The notes beneath the pieces are model-generated. The model worked only from the letters and a program-made list of their open reading frames with translations, ran no database searches and was not told the origin of the DNA. Below are positions 56,552-64,000 of a DNA stretch of 64,000 bases, in pieces. The DNA comes from an uncultured Bifidobacteriaceae bacterium (GTDB lineage: Bacteria > Actinomycetota > Thermoleophilia > Miltoncostaeales > Miltoncostaeaceae), in contig CAZHDY010000002.1 in assembly GCA_964531025.1 (NCBI GenBank), positions 167,661 to 231,660 on the forward strand. Direction: 5' to 3'. Each line of letters opens with the position of its first letter. Position 1 is the stretch's first letter. The translations under genes and the position numbers were made by a program.

Positions 56552-57157
56552 TCAATCGGTGACGGGTGATGCCCAGGGGGCAAGACGGACGTCCTCGAGC
56601 ATGCGGGCCAGTGCGGCGACGGGCAGGCCGACCACCGTCGTGAAGTCCCCGTCCACGCCCTCCACCAGGCAGGCGCCGGATCCCTGGATGGCGTACGCCC
56701 CCGCCCGGCCCTGCCATTCGCCGCGATCGAGGTACCACTCCCGCAATGCCGTCGGGATCGGGCGGAACGTCACGTCGGTCCAGGAGACGTGCCCGCGTTC
56801 GTCTCCGGTGTCGCGGATGAGGTGGATGGCGCTCGCCACGCGATGTGTGCGTCCGGCGAGGGTGTCCAGCATCTCGGCGGCCTCGTCACGATCGTCCGGC
56901 TTGCCCAGCATCGCGCCGCCCAGGACCACGGCTGTGTCGGAGCCCAGCACGGCTCCGCCGACCGGTACGCCGGCGCGATCGGCCACGTCGCGCGCCTTCA
57001 TCCGCGCGTGGTGCAGCACGATCTCACCGGGATCGGTCATGCCGTCCGGCGTGTCCTCCGGGTACTCCGAGGCGACGACGCGGTGGTCGACGCCGAGCGA
57101 TCGCAGGAGGGAGCGGCGCTGCGGCGAGCGGGATGCGAGGACGATCACGCCCGCCAC
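56552..57157 (-). CDS. maf: Maf-like nucleoside triphosphate pyrophosphatase
   Basis: VIVLASRSPQRRSLLRSLGV..., SDTAVVLGGAMLGKPDD, GAYAIQG. I start it at GTG 57157 (or 57148), downstream of the ndk stop. The track ORF extends to 57274. Confidence 0.85.
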   Translation of the reverse strand: MAGVIVLASRSPQRRSLLRSLGVDHRVVASEYPEDTPDGMTDPGEIVLHHARMKARDVADRAGVPVGGAVLGSDTAVVLGGAMLGKPDDRDEAAEMLDTLAGRTHRVASAIHLIRDTGDERGHVSWTDVTFRPIPTALREWYLDRGEWQGRAGAYAIQGSGACLVEGVDGDFTTVVGLPVAALARMLEDVRLAPWASPVTD

Positions 57158-57182
57158 AGGCCTCTGAGAGGGTCCGGCGCGG

Positions 57183-57584
57183 TCAGCCGAAGTGGAGCGC
57201 GAGTTCGCGCTCGGCGGACTCGGAACCGTCCGAGCCGTGAATGATGTTCTCGGCCACCGAGAGGGCGTAGTCACCGCGGATGGTGCCGGGAGCGGCGTCG
57301 GCCGGGTTCGTCGCGCCCATCATGGTGCGCATCACCGAGATGGCGTTCTCACCCTCGACGGTCAGCATGACGACGGGGCCGGAGGTGATGAAGTCCACGA
57401 GCTCGCCGAAGAAGGGGCGCTCGCGGTGCTCGCCGTAGTGTTCCTCGGCCACCTCACGGGCCATGTCGACCATCTTGAGGCCGGTGATCGTGAAACCCCG
57501 ACGCTCGATACGGGCGATGATCTCGCCGGACAGGCCGCGGGCGACCGCGTCGGGCTTGATCATGATGAACGTACGCTCGCTCAA
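57183..57584 (-). CDS. ndk: nucleoside-diphosphate kinase
   Basis: [12 protein letters not shown]..., NIIHGSD active-site His. 133 aa. TTG start in a TTGA overlap with the upstream gene. Confidence 0.95.
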   Translation of the reverse strand: MSERTFIMIKPDAVARGLSGEIIARIERRGFTITGLKMVDMAREVAEEHYGEHRERPFFGELVDFITSGPVVMLTVEGENAISVMRTMMGATNPADAAPGTIRGDYALSVAENIIHGSDGSESAERELALHFG

Positions 57585-58033
57585 TGTGTGGTTAGTCCTT
57601 TTGGGTCGTCGCCGGCATCGATCGGGCCGACGAAGGGAAGCTCGGTTACGGGTGACGTCATGGCGTGCTCACACCACGGGCAGACGGTCCACCGGGGGTC
57701 GACCGGACGCGCGCAGTTCTCGCACGGCTCCTTGAGCCGGCGCATGCATGACGGGCACAGCATGTACGTGGGATCGGTGGCATAGCCGCACTCGGGGCAT
57801 CGGAGCGATGCCTCCCGGGTGAGGGCGAGCGTCTCGAGCTCACGGTCGCGCTGCTCCTGAAGCGTCTCGGGCGGGCGGATCGCCACGTACACGAGAGCCC
57901 CGAGGAACGGGATGATGAGGGCGATGAACCCCATCAGGTAGGGGAACCCCGGTGCGCTCCTCCGGCGTCGGGCGTCATTGAACACCCATACGCACAGTCC
58001 GAGCCACATGAGGACGATGAAGATGATCAGCAT
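57581..58033 (-). CDS. membrane protein with PLD-N-like two-helix anchor and cytoplasmic double zinc ribbon
   Basis: Two TM helices ([37 protein letters not shown]) are followed by CPECG...CPSC...CENC...CPWC. Confidence 0.65.
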   Translation of the reverse strand: MLIIFIVLMWLGLCVWVFNDARRRRSAPGFPYLMGFIALIIPFLGALVYVAIRPPETLQEQRDRELETLALTREASLRCPECGYATDPTYMLCPSCMRRLKEPCENCARPVDPRWTVCPWCEHAMTSPVTELPFVGPIDAGDDPKGLTTH

Positions 58034-58116
58034 GACCCGCAGAACCGACCACCAGGGTGAGTCGAAGAAGTTCGAAAGCGAGTCGAATACGTTTGCGGAT
58101 AGCAGGGCGTGACCTC

Positions 58117-59424
58117 TCAGTTCCGGCCATTTCCGGGAGTTTCGCGGGCGAGTTTACCAGGGGGTAAACCCCAGCGACGCAGGATCGCGTCGCGGACATC
58201 CGACAGAAGATAGAGCGAACCACAGACGATGACGATCCCGTCGGGGCCGGCGATCTCGCGTGCACGGGCGACGGCGTCCTCGGGATGTTCGACAACATCC
58301 ACGTCCATCCCTTCGCCGTGTACCGCACGACCGAGCTCGGCCGCGGGGGTGACGCGGGGGTTCCGCGACGCCGTCGTCACCACGTGGGCGACCCGGTCGC
58401 GCAGGGGCGCGAGCATCCCGGGACGATCCTTGTCGCGCAGGATCGAGAGCACGGCGACGATGCGACGTCCGGCGGGCAGGTCCTCCGCGAGGGCGCTCAT
58501 CCCGGCAGGGTTGTGCGCTCCGTCGAGGATGATGACGGGCCGACCCTCGATCACCTCGAACCGGCCGGGATTGGCAACCGAGGCGACGGCCGCGACGACC
58601 GCCGTGGAGGGGAGCGCATCACCCAGCCGTCGTTCGGCCGCCGCAAGGGCCACCGCCATGTTCCAGCGCTGCACCGACGTCGGACCCGCGTCCACCGTGT
58701 ACCGCCCCAGTGGCGTCGTCACACGGACCCGCCGCGCGTCGACGTCCTCGATGCGGATGTCCTCCCCCGCCCACCAACCGGACAGGCCTCGATCGGCGGC
58801 GATCCGCCGGACGGCCTCGTACGCAACAGAGGTGAGCGGACCGACGACCAGGCGATCGCTCCCGTCGCGGGCGACCGCCAGCTTCTCACCTGCGATTGCG
58901 TACTCCGTGTCGCCGAGCAGGTCCGTGTGCTCACGGCTCACGTTCGTCAGGACGACGACGGCGTCCTCCAGGACGTTGCTCGCGTCGTAGCGTCCGCCCA
59001 GACCGGCCTCGACGACGAGGGCATCCACGCCCGCGTGGTGCAACGCCACGAACGCCGCTGCCGTCAGCACCTCGAACTGCGTGACCGGATCGTCCGCGAA
59101 GGTCACCGCCGCGTCGGCGACCGCACCCACGGCACGGGCGAATGCGTCCTCGGTGATCGGCACCCCGTCCACCTGGATGCGCTCCCGCCAGTGCGTGATG
59201 TGCGGCGAGGTGTAGGCGCCCACGCGCAAGCCGGCCGCTCGCAGTGCCGCCGCGGTATACCGCGTGGTGGACGTCTTGCCGTTGGTCCCCACCACGTGGA
59301 TGGCCGGACGTCCACGCTGGGGATCGCCCAGGAGGCCCAGCAGCCGCTGCATCCGCTCAAGGCCGAACCGCATGCCGAGGATCTCACGCTCCTCGACATA
59401 CCGAACCGCCTCGTCAGGGGTCAC
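58117..59424 (-). CDS. folC: bifunctional folylpolyglutamate synthase / dihydrofolate synthase
   Basis: HVVGTNGKTST P-loop and Mur-ligase middle and C-terminal domains. I start it at GTG 59424, because the track N-terminal extension to 59517 runs through repeat copy B. Confidence 0.88.
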   Translation of the reverse strand: MTPDEAVRYVEEREILGMRFGLERMQRLLGLLGDPQRGRPAIHVVGTNGKTSTTRYTAAALRAAGLRVGAYTSPHITHWRERIQVDGVPITEDAFARAVGAVADAAVTFADDPVTQFEVLTAAAFVALHHAGVDALVVEAGLGGRYDASNVLEDAVVVLTNVSREHTDLLGDTEYAIAGEKLAVARDGSDRLVVGPLTSVAYEAVRRIAADRGLSGWWAGEDIRIEDVDARRVRVTTPLGRYTVDAGPTSVQRWNMAVALAAAERRLGDALPSTAVVAAVASVANPGRFEVIEGRPVIILDGAHNPAGMSALAEDLPAGRRIVAVLSILRDKDRPGMLAPLRDRVAHVVTTASRNPRVTPAAELGRAVHGEGMDVDVVEHPEDAVARAREIAGPDGIVIVCGSLYLLSDVRDAILRRWGLPPGKLARETPGNGRN

Positions 59425-59438
59425 GGGGCCGGATGACC

Positions 59439-59568
59439 GAGATCGTTGATTCCGCGGAACTCGTGGCGTGGTGCACGCCCCCGGCGGCGCGGATGCGCAA
59501 TCCGTCCACCCGCCCACGTCATCGGTGACGCACCCCGCATCCGCTCCTCCGTGAAATCAACCATCGAG
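59439..59568. repeat. about 130-bp copy (B) of the inverted-repeat element family
   Basis: By my alignment, 46 of 53 positions match the left part of copy A, including the identical 20-mer ccccggcggcgcggatgcgc. The right end gtgaaatcaaccatcgag matches copy A at 16 of 18. The valS stop (tca, 59557-59559) lies inside the terminal repeat. Confidence 0.7.
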
Positions 59569-62100
59569 CTGGACCAGCTCGGCTCGGAGCGTCTCGAGGG
59601 CCTCCCGGTGCGCGGCGGCCTTCTGCCGCTCGGCGTCCACGAGGTGCGCCGGTGCCCGTTCCACGAACTTCGGGTTGCCAAGCTGCTTCTCGGCGCGGGC
59701 GAGTTCACCCTCAACCGTCGTGATCTGCTGCGCGATACGGACACGCTCGGCCTCCACGTCCACCACGGCCTCGTCACGGGCGACCAGCAGCCGCCCCTGC
59801 GACAGCGGGATCGGATGGCCCCCGTCGCCGATGTCGTCGGTGATCGTGACGCGCGCGATGGCGGCGATCTCGTCCCGAGGGATCGGCCCGGACACATCCT
59901 CGAGCGCGACGTCGAGCTCGGTCCGCGGCTTGATCTCGTGTGACTGGCGGAAGGTGCGGAGCTCCGTCGTGATCTCGATCAGACGGTCGATGGCCGCGCG
60001 GGCATCCGGATCGTCCTCCCACGATGATTCGGCGAGGCGATGTGTGAGCAGCATGCCCTCGCTCCCGGGCATGAGCCGGTAGCACTCCTCGGTGATGAAG
60101 GGCATGATCGGGTTCGCGAGCGTGAGCAGCGCCTCCCAGACGTAGCCGGCGACCTCGGGGCTGGCGGCGTCGGCCTTGAGAAGCTCCAGGTACCAGTCGC
60201 AGAAATCGTCGAAGATGGCGTGGTAAAGCACGTCGGCCAGACCGCTGAACTCGTATTCGTCAATCAGACGTGCCGCGGCATCGATGGTTGCGGTCAGACG
60301 CGAGGCGATCCAGCGATCGGCGACGGTGCGGAGCTCCGGCGCCTCGCCTCCCGCCCGTCCTCCGCGACCCACGACGAGGCGCGTGGCGTTCCAGATCTTG
60401 GTGACGAGCTGCCGGCCCTGAAGCACGCGCTGCTCGTTGAAGCGCACGTCCTGCGTGCTCGCCATGAGAAGGAGGCCGAAGCGGACGGCGTCGGCGCCGT
60501 GCTCGTCCACCAGGTCGAGCGGGTCGATGCCCGTTCCGAGGCTCTTGCTCATGCGCCGACCGTCGGGCGCCTGGATGATCGGGTTGATGACGACGTCCGA
60601 GAACGGGATGTCGCCCATGAACTCCAGGCCCATCATGACCATGCGGGCGACCCAGAGAAAGATGATGTCGCGCCCGGTGACGAGGACGTGCCCCGGGTAG
60701 AAGGCGCGCAGCTCGGCCGTGTCGTCGGGCCACCCCTGGGTCGCGAACGGCCAGAGTGCCGAGCTGAACCAGGTGTCGAGGACGTCCGGGTCGCGCTCCC
60801 ATCCGTCACCCTCGGGCGCCTCGAGACCCACGTGGACCTCGTCGCCGCGGTACCAGACGGGGATCTGGTGTCCCCACCACAGCTGCCGTGACACGCACCA
60901 CGGCCGGATGTTCTCGAGCCAGTCCAGGTAGACGCGACCGAAGCGCTCGGGCGTGAAGGTGACCCGGCCGGACTTCACGGCCTCGATGGCGGGCTTCGCG
61001 AGCTCGTCCATGTTGCAGAACCACTGGAGCGACAGGAGCGGCTCGATGCGCTCGCCGCTGCGGTGTGAGAAGGGGACGTCGTGCGAGTACTCGCGGGCGC
61101 TTCGGATGGCACCCAGCGCCGTCAGGTTCTCGAACACCGCCTTCTTGGCCTCGGCGATGGTGAGGCCGGCGTACGCCCCCGCGAGCTCCGTCATCCGCCC
61201 GTCCTCGCCGATGACGCTGACCTCGTCCAGGTCGTGACGGCGTGCGATCTCGAAGTCGTCCCCGGAGTGGGCCGGGGTCACCTTGAGCGCACCGGTCCCG
61301 AATGCCGGGTCCACGTGCTCGTCGGCGATGATCGGGATCTCACGTCCCACGAGCGGCAGCGTGACGGTCTTCCCGATGAGGTCGCGGTAGCGCTCGTCGT
61401 CGGGATTGACGGCGACCGCGGTGTCGCCCAGCATCGTCTCCACGCGGACCGTGGCGACGACGACCTCGCCTCCACCGTCGGTCAGCGGGTAGGCGATCTC
61501 GACCAGCTCGTCCACCACGGTGCGGTTCTCGACCTCGAGGTCCGACACCGCCGATCCGAGGCCCGGATCCCAGTTGACCATGTAGCGGTCGCGATAGATG
61601 TAGCCCTTCTCGTACAGGTGGACGAACACCTGCGCGACGGCCTCGGCGTACCCGTCGTCCAGCGTGAAGCGCTCACGCGAGTAGTCGAGGGTGCAGCCCA
61701 GCCGCTTCTGCTGGGTGATGATCTGGCCGCCCGACTCTTCCTTCCACGCCCACACCCGCTCGAGGAAGGCGTCGCGCTCCATGTCGGCGCGCCGGATGCC
61801 CTCCGTGGCGAGCATCTTCTCGACGACGGCCTGGGTGGCGATGCCGGCGTGGTCGGTGCCACAGACCCACTCGGCCTCACGCCCGGCCTGGCGGTGGCGG
61901 CGGATGAGCACGTCCTGCATCGTGTTGTTGAGGGCGTGCCCCATGTGGAGCGACCCGGTCACGTTGGGGAGCGGAATCGCGATCACGTACGGGTCGCGGC
62001 CGCTCTCGGGGTCACCGCGCAGCGCTCCGGAGGTGAGCCAGCGGTCCATCCAGGCCGGCTCGGCGATCGTCGGGTCGAAACGTGTGGGCTGATCGGTCAC
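59557..62100 (-). CDS. valS: valine--tRNA ligase
   Basis: HIGH-type PNVTGSLHMGH and KMSKS motifs, with a C-terminal coiled coil. I prefer GTG 62100 (VTDQPTRFDP...). The track start is ATG 62124. Confidence 0.95.
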   Translation of the reverse strand: MTDQPTRFDPTIAEPAWMDRWLTSGALRGDPESGRDPYVIAIPLPNVTGSLHMGHALNNTMQDVLIRRHRQAGREAEWVCGTDHAGIATQAVVEKMLATEGIRRADMERDAFLERVWAWKEESGGQIITQQKRLGCTLDYSRERFTLDDGYAEAVAQVFVHLYEKGYIYRDRYMVNWDPGLGSAVSDLEVENRTVVDELVEIAYPLTDGGGEVVVATVRVETMLGDTAVAVNPDDERYRDLIGKTVTLPLVGREIPIIADEHVDPAFGTGALKVTPAHSGDDFEIARRHDLDEVSVIGEDGRMTELAGAYAGLTIAEAKKAVFENLTALGAIRSAREYSHDVPFSHRSGERIEPLLSLQWFCNMDELAKPAIEAVKSGRVTFTPERFGRVYLDWLENIRPWCVSRQLWWGHQIPVWYRGDEVHVGLEAPEGDGWERDPDVLDTWFSSALWPFATQGWPDDTAELRAFYPGHVLVTGRDIIFLWVARMVMMGLEFMGDIPFSDVVINPIIQAPDGRRMSKSLGTGIDPLDLVDEHGADAVRFGLLLMASTQDVRFNEQRVLQGRQLVTKIWNATRLVVGRGGRAGGEAPELRTVADRWIASRLTATIDAAARLIDEYEFSGLADVLYHAIFDDFCDWYLELLKADAASPEVAGYVWEALLTLANPIMPFITEECYRLMPGSEGMLLTHRLAESSWEDDPDARAAIDRLIEITTELRTFRQSHEIKPRTELDVALEDVSGPIPRDEIAAIARVTITDDIGDGGHPIPLSQGRLLVARDEAVVDVEAERVRIAQQITTVEGELARAEKQLGNPKFVERAPAHLVDAERQKAAAHREALETLRAELVQLDG

Positions 62101-62210
62101 CCGGGCAATGTAGCGAAACCACATCTCGGCTCTCCGTACAAGCCCGGCAACTACCGGGCCACGGAAATATCAACCTCGTGCGTAACCCCGTATGCAACCC
62201 GATACCCGAC

Positions 62211-62520
62211 CACGAGAGGCCCCGCGCGAAGGCCCAGGTCCAACGGCAAGTGCGCGCATGCCCGCACCCACCCACCAACATCACCGGCCAGATGAGAGGC
62301 CCCGCGCGAAGCCCGGGGACTGGCGGTTGGCCGGGGCGGGCGGGTGGATGCCCGTCCGCCAGTCCCCGGCAAACCCACCCCAGGACCAACGGCAAGTGCG
62401 CGCATGCCCGCACCCACCCACCGACGAAGCCGGCCCCACGAGAGGCCCCGCGCGAAGCCCGGGGACTGGCGGTTGGCCGGGGCGGGCGGGTGGATAGCCC
62501 ACCGCCAGTCCCCGGAAAAC
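62211..62520. repeat. composite tandem repeat: module R (x3), 57-nt hairpin module H (x2), G/C-rich module T (x2)
   Basis: R is gagaggccccgcgcgaag, starting at 62214, 62294 and 62440. H has 14-bp perfect stems ccggggactggcgg/ccgccagtccccgg at 62313-62369 and 62459-62515. T is ccaacggcaagtgcgcgcatgcccgcacccacccacc at 62240-62276 and 62386-62422. Confidence 0.8.
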
Positions 62521-62550
62521 GCCCCGGTACCCACAGGAACGAGGGCGTCG

Positions 62551-62573
62551 GCGCGGGTTTCCGCCTCCCGCGC
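62551..62573 (-). terminator. hairpin just downstream of the thiolase stop
   Basis: gcgcggg (62551-62557) pairs with cccgcgc (62567-62573). That is 7 bp with a 9-nt loop. It starts 18 nt after the stop on the minus strand. Confidence 0.4.
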
Positions 62574-62591
62574 CCTGCCCCATGCGATGTG

Positions 62592-63785
<1,194 letters not shown>

Positions 63786-63802
63786 TCCTAGCCCCTCCTC
63801 AT

Positions 63803-63823
63803 TCGATGTGCACCCCGCATCCG
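63803..63823. repeat. partial match to the repeat-family core (tcgatgtgcaccccgcatccg)
   Basis: Shares gcaccccgcatccg with copy B (59530-59543), and the preceding tcg-tg context. No terminal inverted repeats are recognisable. Confidence 0.3.
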
Positions 63824-64000
63824 TGCGGCGACCGCCGCGCTGGGGCCCTGCCGTATCGATCCGGCGTCAGTGTCGGGGCCTCCTCGGTGGTGGTAGGTCC
63901 CGATTGTCGCAGGGCGATGACACAGAGTAGCAGCTGCGGCCATCTAAATGGAAAATGCACCTATCGGATCCTAACTATTCCCCCTCCGGGCCCGACGGAT

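Noticed and set aside
62211-62520. Possible CRISPR array.
   Set aside because: There are only 2-3 copies of each module, with unequal periods of 80 and 146 nt. The repeated parts are longer than the unique parts, and no cas genes are in the window.
62101-62590. Possible T-box riboswitch leader for valS.
   Set aside because: On the valS strand I find only a weak partial resemblance (ugugGGUACCGGGGcg) to the T-box sequence. There is no AGAGA / specifier-loop / terminator-antiterminator architecture. The region is dominated by the tandem repeat.

Overview
This is a high-GC (by inspection) bacterial chromosomal segment. It is almost saturated with housekeeping genes, mostly on the minus strand, and many are translationally coupled through ATGA/GTGA/TTGA stop-start overlaps.

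Gene order, left to right:
- trpD (partial)-trpG-trpE-hisIE-deoC (minus)
- an Fpg/Nei glycosylase and a large secreted protein (plus)
- era, a dgkA-PAP2 fusion, ybeY, phoH, HIT, mtaB, rsmE, prmA, dnaJ (minus)
- a RayT-type (REP-associated, IS200-like) tyrosine transposase and an orphan gene wedged between dnaJ and hrcA
- an ABC-2 exporter pair, hemW-lepA-murJ, rpsT, holA, an NhaP antiporter, TetR-MMPL, comEC-comEA-leuS
- a small accessory patch: GNAT, a lipoprotein with an acidic partner, an MmyB-like XRE regulator, SnoaL, a TMEM175-like channel, an SMI1/KNR4 protein and a hydrolase, ending at tRNA-Ala(GGC)
- rsfS-nadD-proB-obg-rpmA-rplU, a GGDEF protein, RNase E/G, a DUF697-like gene, rodA-mrdA-mreDCB, maf, ndk, folC, valS and a thiolase

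The order comEA-comEC-holA-rpsT-lepA-hemW-hrcA-dnaJ-prmA-rsmE-mtaB ... phoH-ybeY-dgkA-era is the Bacillus-type arrangement in a high-GC genome. My low-confidence guess is a deep-branching Actinobacteria-like lineage.

I saw no rRNA, CRISPR array, prophage or classical defence island.

The most unusual observations are:
1. A family of about 95-170 bp inverted-repeat (MITE/REP-like) elements at gene 3' ends that supply or overlap stop codons.
2. A composite tandem repeat with 14-bp hairpins and G-rich tracts between the thiolase and valS.
3. The RayT locus, with a heavily structured 5' region, splitting hrcA from dnaJ.
4. A lipoprotein with a basic C-terminal domain coupled to an acidic partner (candidate toxin/immunity or enzyme/inhibitor pair), with an orphan SUKH-type immunity-like gene nearby.
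5. Two conserved genes (rsfS, deoC) whose N-termini have no canonical start codon but do have an SD-spaced ATC.

All domain assignments are from reading the translations. No database search was run.
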